Source: an uncultured Desulfovibrionales bacterium
GTDB taxonomy: Bacteria > Desulfobacterota > Desulfovibrionia > Desulfovibrionales > Desulfonatronovibrionaceae
Assembly: GCA_964531185.1 (NCBI GenBank)
Contig: CAZHCY010000001.1
Span: 1,757-30,916, forward strand
Direction of reading: 5' to 3'
DNA: 29,160 nucleotides
The notes beneath the pieces are model-generated. The model was given only the letters and a program-made list of their open reading frames with translations. It was not told the origin of the DNA and did no database searches. Both the position numbers and the translations under genes were made by a program. This document shows, one piece after another, positions 9,531 to 19,600 of the stretch. How positions within the stretch are numbered: position 1 is the first letter of the stretch; each line of letters starts with the position of its first letter.

Positions 9531-10760
9531 TTAATCATATCGCAGGGCCTCGGCCGGATTCAGGTTTGAAGCTTTGCGCGATGGATAGATGGTGGCCAGA
9601 AAACACAGCAGCAAAGCGGCTGCAGCTATGATAATCAGGTCAGGGGTCTGGTGCAGCACCGGGAGATGGTCCAGATAATAAACATCAGGCGGCAGCTGAA
9701 TGAACTGGTATTTCTTCAGAAGCCAGCTGAGAAAAAGGCCGGCAGCAAACCCCAGGGCTGTGCCCAGGCCCCCGATCATCATGCCCAGCAGGGTGAAAAT
9801 CCTCCGGATGGCCGCTCGGGTGGCTCCCAGAGACATGAGCACGGCAATGTCCCTGGTCTTTTCCATGACCAGCATGACCAGGGCTGTAACAATGCTGAAG
9901 GAACCCACCAGCACGATCATGACCAGGATTACTCCCATGGCCATCTTTTCCAGTTTGAGGGCTGCAAAAAGGTTCTGGTTCATTTCCATCCAGTTGCGGA
10001 CATAAAAAGGATAGCCTCCCAGGAATTGTTCAACATCTTGGGAAATCTCCCGGGCTGCTTCAATGTCTTTGATCTTTATCTCTATGCCGGTGACCATGTC
10101 TTGTTCAAAGCCCAGCATTTTCTGGGCAGCCTTGATGGTGGTGTAGCCAAAGGAACTGTCATATTCATACATTCCGGTTTTGAAGATTCCAGCCACCCGA
10201 AAGGCCCTTACCGAAGGAGTGAATCCAGCTGAAGTTTTTTTCCCGGACGGAGAAAGCAGGTTAACCCTGTCTCCAAGGCTGACGCCCACTCCGGATGCCA
10301 GCTCATGACCAATGATGATGCCCGGCAGGTGGGCATTTCTGGTCAAAGATTTCAGTTCTCCGGCAATGAGTTCCTGCTCCAGGCCAAGCACGTCTTTGGA
10401 CTTGACCGGATCAATGCCCCTTAAAACCACTCCCTTTACTCCATCGGACGAGCTCAGCATGACCTCTGAATAAATGAACGGAGCAGTGCCGCTTATTCCG
10501 GGCCGAGCGCCCAGTTCACCTGCAAGGGACTCATAATCCGGAATGCCTCCGGCATAGCTTCCCACCATGATATGGGCATTGATGCCCAGGATTTTGTCCC
10601 TGAGGTTATGGCTGAAGCCGTTCATCACTCCCAGGACAATAATGAGCGAAGCCACTCCCAGGGCTACTCCAAGAATAGAAATCAGGGAAATAACCGAGAT
10701 AAAGGCCTGTTTTCTGTTGGCCAGGAGGTAGCGAAGAGCGATAAAAGCTTCGAATTTCAT
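9531..10760 (-). CDS. lolE: Lipoprotein-releasing ABC transporter permease (LolC/E family)
   Basis: FIALRYL, SVISLISILGVALGVASLIIVLGVMNGF, GMYEYD, KTRDIAVLMSLGA, LATIYPSRKAS..PAEALRY. Confidence 0.9.
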   Translation of the reverse strand: MKFEAFIALRYLLANRKQAFISVISLISILGVALGVASLIIVLGVMNGFSHNLRDKILGINAHIMVGSYAGGIPDYESLAGELGARPGISGTAPFIYSEVMLSSSDGVKGVVLRGIDPVKSKDVLGLEQELIAGELKSLTRNAHLPGIIIGHELASGVGVSLGDRVNLLSPSGKKTSAGFTPSVRAFRVAGIFKTGMYEYDSSFGYTTIKAAQKMLGFEQDMVTGIEIKIKDIEAAREISQDVEQFLGGYPFYVRNWMEMNQNLFAALKLEKMAMGVILVMIVLVGSFSIVTALVMLVMEKTRDIAVLMSLGATRAAIRRIFTLLGMMIGGLGTALGFAAGLFLSWLLKKYQFIQLPPDVYYLDHLPVLHQTPDLIIIAAAALLLCFLATIYPSRKASNLNPAEALRYD

Positions 10761-10765
10761 CAGCC

Positions 10766-12277
10766 TCAGGTTACCTCCGGCCGCAGAAGCGGAAACAGAA
10801 TCACTTCCCTGATGGAGGCTGAATCCGTAAAAAGCATGACCAGACGGTCTATGCCGACTCCTTCGCCGCCGGCCGGAGGCATGGCATACTCCAGGGCCCT
10901 CAGGTAGTCTTCATCCATAAAATGGGCCTCTTCGTCGCCAGCCTCCTTTTCCTGGACCTGTTCCTGAAAGCGCTGTCTCTGGTCAATGGGATCATTGAGC
11001 TCGGAAAATGCGTTGGCCATTTCCCGCCCGGCAATGAAAAGCTCAAACCTGTCAGTGATGTGGGGGTTGTCTTCGTTTTTTCTGGAAAGCGGCGAAATTT
11101 CAGTTGGATAATGATATATGAAATAAGGCTGAATAAGCTTGGGCTCAACGAATATATCAAACAGTTTGGCCTGGATCTTGGCGAGTTTTTCGCCTTTTAC
11201 AACGCTTTCGCCTGATTTGCGCACCAGATCGGCTGCTGCTTCCCTGTTTTCAAAAACCTCCCTGTCCAGTCCGCCTATCTTTTCCAGGGAATCGTGAAAT
11301 GAAAGTTTGTTCCAGGGCGGGGTCAAGTCAATGGGCTGCTCCTGGTAAGTTATCCGGGTGGAATTGAATATGCTTCTGGCCAGAGAGGAGAACATTTCCT
11401 CGGTAAACTGCATCAGGTCTTTGAAATCCACATAGGCCCAGTAAAATTCCAGCATGGTGAATTCCGGGTTATGCTGGGTGGAAATGCCTTCATTGCGAAA
11501 ATTTCGGTTTATTTCGTAAACCCTTTCAAATCCCCCCACCAGGAGCCTTTTGAGGTACAATTCCGGAGCAATGCGCAGGTAAAGCTTCATATCCAAAGCA
11601 TTGTGATGGGTTTCAAAAGGCCTGGCAGTGGCACCTCCGGGGATGGTCTGCATCATGGGGGTTTCCACCTCCAAGAAACCTTTGCTGTCCAGAAACTGTC
11701 TTATTTCGCGGACAATACGGGTTCTGGCTGTGAAAATTTCCCTGGCCCGGGAATTGACCCAAAGGTCAACGTATCTTTGCCGGTACCTGGTTGCCACGTC
11801 CTTCAGGCCATGATATTTTTCCGGAAGAGGACGCATGGATTTAGACAGGAGCTGAACATAATCAGCCTTAACAGTCAGCTCTCCGGTCCGGGTTCTGAAC
11901 AGAGTGCCCTTGATCCCGACAATATCTCCAATGTCATACTTTTTGAATATCTGGTAGTTCTCACGGCCCAGGGTATCGCGCTGGACAAAGACCTGGATTT
12001 TGTCCGACTGGTCCTGAATATGAATAAAAGCCGCCTTGCCAAAGGAACGCAGGGCCATAATCCTGCCGGCTATGCTGCATTTAATTTCCTGATTTTCCAG
12101 ATCTTCAGCTGAAGTTTTTTTGTAAAGGCTGTTGATCTGGAAGATGTCCGTGTCCTTTCGAAAATCATTGGGAAAAAGTTTTACCTGGTTTTCAGTCAGG
12201 ATTTCGGCTTTTTGCCTGCGATGCTGAATTACCTGACTTTCTGAAGCCTGGTTTTTGTCTGGCTTGTTCAATTTCAA
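10766..12277 (-). CDS. lysS: Lysine--tRNA ligase, class II
   Basis: RYRQRYVDL, FLEVETPMM, GGATARPF, LRIAPELYLKRL, FRNEGI..HNPEFTMLEFY, GEGVGIDRLVML, VILFP; TTG start. Confidence 0.98.
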   Translation of the reverse strand: MKLNKPDKNQASESQVIQHRRQKAEILTENQVKLFPNDFRKDTDIFQINSLYKKTSAEDLENQEIKCSIAGRIMALRSFGKAAFIHIQDQSDKIQVFVQRDTLGRENYQIFKKYDIGDIVGIKGTLFRTRTGELTVKADYVQLLSKSMRPLPEKYHGLKDVATRYRQRYVDLWVNSRAREIFTARTRIVREIRQFLDSKGFLEVETPMMQTIPGGATARPFETHHNALDMKLYLRIAPELYLKRLLVGGFERVYEINRNFRNEGISTQHNPEFTMLEFYWAYVDFKDLMQFTEEMFSSLARSIFNSTRITYQEQPIDLTPPWNKLSFHDSLEKIGGLDREVFENREAAADLVRKSGESVVKGEKLAKIQAKLFDIFVEPKLIQPYFIYHYPTEISPLSRKNEDNPHITDRFELFIAGREMANAFSELNDPIDQRQRFQEQVQEKEAGDEEAHFMDEDYLRALEYAMPPAGGEGVGIDRLVMLFTDSASIREVILFPLLRPEVT

Positions 12278-12535
12278 TTCCTTGTTAGCCTGCTGTAAAT
12301 TAGACTTGCTCCCTGCCTGATGAAAACCATACAGGGAGTTTCTGGTTCTGGCCGGGACGGTTTTTCTGCCTGCATTACAGCCCCATTTCTGATGCCTTAC
12401 TATACCGGATTAGCGCCATCAGGATGAAAGCTATCCCGAATCTAAAAAAATGGCTCTTGCGGTTTAGGGGTATGTAGCCGGGAAAAGGCATAAAACCGTA
12501 TGAACCGCCCGTTTGGGCCAAAACATAAGACATTT

Positions 12536-12696
12536 GTAACAGTTCAGCCCATTTTAAGGGCGCAGGGCACCCCGGGGTTTGTTTTTTATTTATGTAAACC
12601 CAGACTAAGAAAAACAAGCGCAGGCAGAGCCAGTCCCCCTCCGGGCGCCGCCTCCGGGCAGGAAGCCGTGCCGCATGCAAATGGCTGAACTGGTAC
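12536..12696 (+). mobile_element. 161-bp MITE-like element, same family as 5946-6018
   Basis: TIRs GTAACAGTTCAGCC / GGCTGAACTGGTAC (13/14); first 32 nt match the other copy 29/32 and last 31 nt match 28/31; flanks AGACATTT / AGATTTTC (5/8). Confidence 0.65.
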
Positions 12697-13427
12697 AGAT
12701 TTTCTTGCTTTACGCGTAAGTACGCTTCAACCGTACGAACCAGAAAAACACTGCCTGCCGTTGTTGAGCTTGGAGTTAAATTCAAAAAAGGACCTGAGAA
12801 CAACCAACAGCTGCGGCAAACAGCTGCAGGGCATCCCCCTGCACTGTCTTTGCACCAGATCTGCGCCCGGGCAAGGTTAAACTTCCCCCGTATTGAAAAA
12901 GAGCTGAAAGGTCAAGAAAATGGGCAGGGTTCAGGGCTCTGGATTCTTGATTCAGGCTTGAACCCGCTGCATTGCCTGGTGATAAATGAATTAATCTGAT
13001 CCAGGCTGCTGACCTTCAGACCCGGCTCGGGTAATGCCTGTCAGGGCGCTTTCTGTCTCCTGGATATTTATACCGGAGATGCTTTGCGCTGGAAAGGCAG
13101 TCTGTGTCATAAAACCTGTCCTGTCTTCAAACTGCCGGTTCTCTCCAGTTTACCAGGAGCGTTTTCGGTTATCTGCCGCAGCAGCGCACACAAATGAACA
13201 AAGCCGGGATATCTGAAAACATATAATCCTGTATTTCTGGAATAATTCCGGTTGCTGCCTGCCTGAACATGATTTACTGCCAAACAACTGTGAGCAGTTT
13301 TTATTAATGAAGATTATAAAAATTAAGAGTTTTTTTGTTTATTTTTATATTTTTTTAATAAATGAGCAGCTCGAAAAGCCCATGAGCCATGGTCAGCCGG
13401 GAAAATGCGCGGTTCTGTTTTCCTTCC

Positions 13428-13455
13428 TTGACATTGAGCTGTTTTCTGTTAAGTT
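13428..13455 (+). promoter_or_regulatory. Sigma70-type promoter of the proVWX operon
   Basis: TTGACA (13428-33), 16-bp spacer, extended -10 TGtTAAGTT (13447-55); very AT-rich tract upstream at about 13300-13362. Confidence 0.6.
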
Positions 13456-13513
13456 ATCAGAATAATAAGAGGGTGATTGATGTCTTTACTCTAAAACAGC
13501 ACAGGTCTAACTA

Positions 13514-14707
13514 ATGGAAAAAATTGAACTTAGAAAAGTGAGCAAAATTTTTGGGGAGCATCCCAAAAAAGCTCTGGCCATGCTCCAGGAGGGCAGGAAA
13601 AAGGATGAGATCCAGGCCAAAACAGGCTGTGTAGTGGGAGTGGATCAGGCCTCCTTTGATGTCAAGGAGGGCGAAATAGTGGTGGTCATGGGTCTTTCGG
13701 GCAGTGGGAAATCAACTCTTGTCCGGTGCATCAACCGGCTGTTTGAACCCACCTCTGGAGAGATAATCGTTGACGGCCAGGATGTCAGAAGACTGGACAA
13801 GGACCAGCTGCGGGAGTTCCGGAGAGAGAAGTTTGGGATGGTTTTTCAGAATTTTGCTTTGTTTCCGCATCGAACAGTGCTCAACAATGTGGAGTTCGGC
13901 CTGGAAATTCAGCACGTGGATCCTGAAAAACGCAGGGAAAAGTCAGAAAAGGCACTGGAGCTGGTCGGCCTTAAGGGATGGGGCGAGAAGTTTCCTTCCG
14001 AGCTTTCAGGCGGAATGCAGCAGCGCGTGGGTCTGGCCAGGGCTCTGGCTCTGGATCCGGATATTCTGCTCATGGACGAGGCCTTCAGCGCCCTGGATCC
14101 GCTCATCAGAAGAGACATGCAGGATGAGCTGATAACCTTGCAGCAGACCATGCGCAAAACCATTGTTTTCATCAGTCATGATCTGGATGAAGCCCTGAAG
14201 CTGGGGGACAGGATTGTACTGATGAAAGACGGGGCTGTAGTCCAGATAGGTACCCCTGAGGACATTCTGACCAAGCCGTCCAATGAATATGTGGCCAAAT
14301 TTGTTGAAGAGGTGGATATTACCAAGGTTCTCACAGCGGAATCCGTTATGAAGAAATCCCAGGATGTGGCCTATCTCAGCAGTGACGGACCACGGACAGC
14401 CATGCGCAAAATGAAGAAAAACGCCATTGCTTCCCTGTTTGTCGTGGACAAGGAAAACAGGGTGGAAGGGCTGGTTTTTGCGGATGATGTGGCCCGTTTA
14501 ATTGAAAAAGGAGAGAAAGATTTAACCACAGTGCTTAAAAGGGATATTCAGAGAGTGACTCCGGAAACCCCTGCTTCTGAGTTGTTCCCCATAATGCAGG
14601 ATATTTCCTATCCTGTGGCAGTGGTTGATGAAAATAAAAAGCTCAAGGGGATAATCGTCAAGGGACTTCTGATGGCGGCTATTGCTGAGCGTGGAGGAGA
14701 ATTATGA
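13514..14707 (+). CDS. proV: Glycine betaine/proline ABC transporter ATP-binding subunit with tandem CBS domains
   Basis: VMGLSGSGKSTL, MVFQNFALFPHRTV, LSGGMQQRVGLARAL, MDEAFSALDPLIR..MQDEL, two C-terminal CBS repeats. Confidence 0.95.
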   Translation: MEKIELRKVSKIFGEHPKKALAMLQEGRKKDEIQAKTGCVVGVDQASFDVKEGEIVVVMGLSGSGKSTLVRCINRLFEPTSGEIIVDGQDVRRLDKDQLREFRREKFGMVFQNFALFPHRTVLNNVEFGLEIQHVDPEKRREKSEKALELVGLKGWGEKFPSELSGGMQQRVGLARALALDPDILLMDEAFSALDPLIRRDMQDELITLQQTMRKTIVFISHDLDEALKLGDRIVLMKDGAVVQIGTPEDILTKPSNEYVAKFVEEVDITKVLTAESVMKKSQDVAYLSSDGPRTAMRKMKKNAIASLFVVDKENRVEGLVFADDVARLIEKGEKDLTTVLKRDIQRVTPETPASELFPIMQDISYPVAVVDENKKLKGIIVKGLLMAAIAERGGEL

Positions 14708-15537
14708 GTTTTGAACTGCCAAGACTGCCCCTGGGAGATGGTATAGAAGCTGTCCTTGATTTTCTGGTCAGGAACCTGGCCTTTGCCACCAAGGCTTTTT
14801 CCACAGTGGCGGATCAGGGAATACGTCTCATGGAAGCAGCTCTGATGTTTTTGCATCCAGTGGTGCTGATTATTGTGTTCACTATGCTGGTGTTTTATCT
14901 GACCAGGCAGAAAGGGGTGACGGTGTTTACTTTTCTGGGGCTGGGTCTGATATGGAACCTGGGGCTGTGGTCGGCCACAGTGAGCACCATATCCCTGGTC
15001 CTGGTGGCCACCCTCATTGCCATTGCCATAGGCATTCCCATAGGCATATTCTGCGCATTGAACAGTTACGCCTATAAGATTGTCCGCCCTGTTCTTGATT
15101 TTATGCAGACCCTCCCTGCTTTTGTATATCTTATTCCAGCCATACCCTTTTTTGGGCTGGGAAGGGTGGCAGCGATTTTTGCCACAGTCATTTTTTCCAT
15201 GCCCCCGGCCATCAGGTTCACCACTTTGGGTATCAAGCAGGTGCCCAGAGAACTTGTGGAATGCGCAGACGCTTTTGGAGCAGACAAGTGGCAGAAACTG
15301 TTCAAGATCCAGCTTCCCTTGGCCAAAACCACCATAATGGGCGGAGTCAATCAGACCATCATGCTTGCTTTGTCCATGGTGGTTATTGCGGCCATGATCG
15401 GGGCCAGAGGCCTTGGAGGCGAAGTCTGGAGAGCTATCCAGAGGCTTCAGCCTGGAGCCGGTTTTGAAGCCGGCATAGGTATTGTTATTGTGGCTATTGT
15501 TCTGGACAGGGTTTTACAGAAGCTGGCCAGACAATAG
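14704..15537 (+). CDS. proW: Glycine betaine/proline ABC transporter permease
   Basis: PVLDFMQTLPAFVYLIP, IRFTTLGIKQV, QLPLAKTTIMGGVNQTIMLALSMVVIAAMIGARGLG; ATGA overlap with proV. Confidence 0.95.
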   Translation: MSFELPRLPLGDGIEAVLDFLVRNLAFATKAFSTVADQGIRLMEAALMFLHPVVLIIVFTMLVFYLTRQKGVTVFTFLGLGLIWNLGLWSATVSTISLVLVATLIAIAIGIPIGIFCALNSYAYKIVRPVLDFMQTLPAFVYLIPAIPFFGLGRVAAIFATVIFSMPPAIRFTTLGIKQVPRELVECADAFGADKWQKLFKIQLPLAKTTIMGGVNQTIMLALSMVVIAAMIGARGLGGEVWRAIQRLQPGAGFEAGIGIVIVAIVLDRVLQKLARQ

Positions 15538-15570
15538 AGTTGATAAAAACCAAACCGAAGGAGGCTTACT

Positions 15571-16416
15571 ATGAAGAAAGGAATGCTAGTATTGTTTATG
15601 CTGGCCATGCTGGTGGGTTTTGGTCCGGTCAAGTCCGATGCCAAGGAAACAGTGACCCTGACCTATGTGGAATGGGACTGTGCCGTGGCCAGCACCTATG
15701 TTGCCCAGGCCGTGCTTGAGGACAAACTTGGCTATAACGTGGATGTTCTTCCGGTAAGTGGTGCTGCAATGTGGCAGGCCCTGGCCACAGGCGATGCCGA
15801 TGCCATGGTCACTGCCTGGTTGCCGGTCACCCATGCCCAGTATCTTGAGCAGACCAAAGATGATGTTGAAGAAGTAAATGTGGTCGCCAAAGGAGCCAAA
15901 ATCGGGCTGGTAGTGCCTGATTATGTCTCCATTTCTTCCATTGAAGAACTGAATGCCAATGCAGACAAGTTTGACGGCAAGATTGTCGGTATTGATCCCG
16001 GCGCAGGCATCATGGGACTGACTGAAGAGGCTCTGGATGAATACGGGCTGAGCAATTTTGAGCTGGTGGAAGGAAGCGGAGCCACCATGGCCGCTGCACT
16101 CCAGGACGCCATCCGCAATGAAGAATGGGTTGTGGTCACAGGCTGGTCTCCTCACTGGAAGTTCGGCCGCTGGGGCCTCAAATACCTTGAAGACCCCAAA
16201 GGCGTTTATGGTGAAGAAGAATACATTGCCACCATTGTCCGTGATGATCTGAAAACTGACATGCCTGAAATATATGAATTCTTTGAAAAGTTTTCATGGA
16301 ACCAGGACTATATGTCTGAGGTCATGGTCTGGAATCAGGAAGGATCTGATCCGGCTGACAGCGCCAGGCGCTTTATCAAGGAAAACCCTGATCTGGTTCA
16401 GGAATGGCTGCCCTAA
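15571..16416 (+). CDS. proX: Glycine betaine ABC transporter substrate-binding protein (OpuAC-type)
   Basis: Signal peptide; YVEWD, AWLPVTH, IVGIDPGAGIM, VVTGWSPHWKF, LKYLEDPKG aromatic-box motifs. Confidence 0.93.
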   Translation: MKKGMLVLFMLAMLVGFGPVKSDAKETVTLTYVEWDCAVASTYVAQAVLEDKLGYNVDVLPVSGAAMWQALATGDADAMVTAWLPVTHAQYLEQTKDDVEEVNVVAKGAKIGLVVPDYVSISSIEELNANADKFDGKIVGIDPGAGIMGLTEEALDEYGLSNFELVEGSGATMAAALQDAIRNEEWVVVTGWSPHWKFGRWGLKYLEDPKGVYGEEEYIATIVRDDLKTDMPEIYEFFEKFSWNQDYMSEVMVWNQEGSDPADSARRFIKENPDLVQEWLP

Positions 16417-16464
16417 GCAGGCCGCAGTAACAGCCGGCTCTGCTTATGGCTGGCCGGTGTGATA

Positions 16465-16505
16465 ATAAAAAGCCTTCCGCAGTCTGACTGCGGAAGGCTT
16501 TTTAT
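16465..16505. terminator. Bidirectional intrinsic terminator between proX and the convergent hybrid kinase
   Basis: Perfect inverted repeat ATAAAAAGCCTTCCGCAGTC-T-GACTGCGGAAGGCTTTTTAT with A/T tails on both sides. Confidence 0.9.
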
Positions 16506-16534
16506 ATGAAACAGCAGTAAGCCCGCACTTATGG

Positions 16535-16635
16535 GTAAGCGTTCAGAGTGGTACTCCTCAGAGAGTAAACATTCAGGTGGTCGTCGGTGGTGATTACTGT
16601 CCCAGGCAGGTTTCGGAATGCCCCTGAATGGTTAC
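16535..16635. mobile_element. Degenerate MITE-like remnant with GTAA..TTCAG ends (two left ends, one right end)
   Basis: GTAAGCGTTCAG (16535), GTAAACATTCAGG (16565) and CCTGAATGGTTAC (16623-35; 12/13 inverted match to the second left end). Confidence 0.45.
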
Positions 16636-16679
16636 GTCCGGCGCAGGCATACAACCATGATAAAAAAATCACCTCAAGT

Positions 16680-19600
16680 TCAACCAAGTTTTTTTAATTG
16701 GCCAATATTTTGCTTCAGTTCGGACCAGACCGGCAAGTGTTCATGACATGAGGCCAGGACGAATTCTGCGGTGGCGTGAATTTTCAGCCAGCGGGGCCGA
16801 ACCGGCAGGGTGTCTTCACTGAGATATTTATCCAGGGTCTGGGTGCGCAGGTAGCCGTCCTTTTCCATATAGACATTCCATATCCTGGACTTTTTGGCCA
16901 GATCAGCCTTGGCATTTCCGGTGGTCTGCGCCCAGCACTCCACAGCCAGGTTCATGACACGCACTGCCAGGCGCCGTTTGTCAGAATTTTTTTCCTTTAT
17001 GGACAAGCCATCTGCAAAGCGCTCAATCAAGGCGCGAGCGGTTTTAAGATCTTCAGCAAGAGATTCTGGCGTATGGATCCGGTCGTGGTATCCGGCGGTC
17101 AGGGCGTCTTCCAGATCCTGAAATATCCTGCGGTGGGCGTTGAATTCCTCAAGCATATCAACAAGAGCCGCAAAGTCCGGGCCAATGTCTTGCTCATTTT
17201 TTTCATTATTCAGTGGACAAAAGATCATCACGAACAGGGTTTCCTCCTCCATTTCCAGGCAGGTGACCCGAACATGGCAGGTACAGTGTTGACCGGAAGC
17301 CTTTAGAAGGCTCTGATGCGCAAAGTTCCCTGTTTTCTTTCCGCTTGGTCCGGTATTGCTTAGAAATGACAATAAATCTCCGGATATTTTGCCTTGAGGA
17401 TTCTGTTGATCCGGTAAAAGCCCGGCCAGAGGGCGGCCAAGCAGGCTGTGGACTGTTTGTCCCGACAGAGCCTGGAAGGCCTTGTTGCAGAAAGTGATTT
17501 CGCGACTGAGGTTTACAGCCAGTATGGCTTCATCAAGGGAGTTAAGCATGCCCGAGAGCCGGTGCTGCATAAGCCATAAATCCTGCTCGGTTTCGCGGCG
17601 AAGGACCAGTTCCTGCTTCAGGCGCATGTTTTCGGTAAGCACTGCATAAGCCTGTTTGAGTTTGAGCAGGGTGCGGACCCTGGCCAGGAGTTCTTCCCGG
17701 GAAAAGGGTTTGGTCAGATAGTCGTTGGCTCCGGCTGAAAAACCGGCCACAATATCTTCGACCCGGTTTTTGACTGTAAGCATGATTATCGGCAGAGACT
17801 GTGCCGAGTGCTTTTGCCGCAGTATCCTGCAGACTTCATATCCGCTGGTGCCGGGCATCATGATGTCCAGGATGACCAGGTCCGGACAATCTCCGTCCTG
17901 GATCAGATCCAGGGCATGGCTTCCGTTTCGGGCTGTTTTGAAGCTGATTCCGGCCAGCCGCAGGCAGGAGCCGATCACATGCAGGTTCACAGGCTCGTCA
18001 TCCACAATCAATGCCTGGTATATCCTGCCCCGGGCGCAGCCCGGATCGGCCGAAACATGTTCAGGTTCAAGCGGCAGGACCATGTTGAATTTTTCAGGGA
18101 GAGGTCCTGCTTGTTTTGGTGGAACATCCCCCTGCACGGCTACGCTGCTTGCCGGCAGGGTGAAAGAGAAAACGCTCCCCCGGCCGGGCTGTGAATCCAC
18201 ATGGATGCTGCCGCCGTGCATCTCTACCAGACGTTTTGTGATGGCCAGGCCCAGGCCGGTGCCTCCTGTGGACCTGGTATGCGCTGAAGCAAGTTGTTCG
18301 TGGGAGTTGAAAATTCGTTTCCGGAACTCAGAGGGAATACCGATACCAGTGTCTGCAACGGATACCCGGGTGAAATCGCCTGAATTCCGGGCTGAAACCG
18401 TGATGGCTCCGGATTCTGTGTACTTGATGGCATTGCCCACCAGGTTGAACAGGATCTGTTCCAGCCTTTCCGGATCTGCTTCAACTGCAGGGAAATCGGG
18501 TTCAATGGCATTGATAAGTTTCAGGCCTTTATCCATTGCCATGGCCTGTGAGATGTCCAGGACACCCCGAGCCGTGTCGCAAAGGTTGACCCGGGATTTG
18601 TTTAAAATAATGTCCTGGTGGGTAAGCCGCGAGAAATCCAGGATTTCATCCACTAAGCAGGAAAGTCGTTTTCCGCTGTGCGCAAGCAGTTTCAGGTGGT
18701 TTCCGGCCTCTGCCGACAGCTTGCCTCCTGCCCCGGCTAAAAGCGTCTCTGCGATACTGACGATGCCGGCCAGTGGAGTTTTCAGTTCGTGGGCAGTGTT
18801 GGCCAGAAACTCATCCTTGAGCTTGTTCATGTCCATAAGTTTCAGATTGGCTTTTTCCAGATTGCCGGAGAGTTTTTCAACCCTGGAAAAGGCATCGGCA
18901 AAGGAAGCGGAGATATAAAAGGAGTAGGACAGGATAAAGATGAACACCCCGTAAGGCGCGAAAGATATGGTGCTGGTGATGTTCAGATCAAAAACCATTA
19001 CATCTATTTCAGAGAGAGCCAGGGCCATATATCCGGGAATGAGCATAAGTGCGTTTTTTTCCCGGCGTAGCAGGTCCAGGGCAAAGGCCGCGAAAAGATA
19101 GGCGTAAACGGCCCTGGTGACAAGGAAGTAGAGAAACGGTCCAGGTCCGTAGGCATTGGGCGGGGTGACCAGGATATAGATGATGTAAACCGCTCCAAGG
19201 AACACGACCAGTCGGTTCACGGTTCTGCTGTATTTTTTGGGAAACAGGACATGATAGAATATGACCATCAGGGGAATGGTCAGTCCAAAGGGCAGAAGTG
19301 AAAAATTGATGTACCATTTCCAGGACAGGTCCGGGGCAATGGTGGACATGAGAAAGCCGGAAGACGGGCTGAACAGAGTGACTACGCCCCAGAAAAAACA
19401 GAACAGGCCGAAATACAGGTTTGCGGTTGCGCACCGTCGCCTGGAAAAAAGCACCAGATGATACAGGGCCATGATAAGCAAGGCACCGGCCATAAAGGCC
19501 CCGGAGAAACGGCGGACATCCATCATGCCTTGAATTTGTTCTCCGGTTCCCAGAAAGATACTGGATTTTATCCCGCCCTGGACATTGTGGTGATTGGAAA

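Noticed and set aside
12375-12803. 142-aa minus-strand ORF upstream of lysS
   Set aside because: No motifs, no clear SD, and it runs straight through the MITE, so it is most likely spurious
12481-12990. c-di-GMP-I, c-di-AMP (ydaO), lysine riboswitch or T-box in the lysS-proV gap
   Set aside because: Only isolated fragments (GGAAAAGGCA, GCTGAA) occur; the conserved cores are not present in the right order; an Rfam scan would be needed
17725-18918. 397-aa plus-strand ORF
   Set aside because: Antisense to the conserved HisKA/HATPase/REC region; low-complexity Ser/Pro/Arg composition with no family signature
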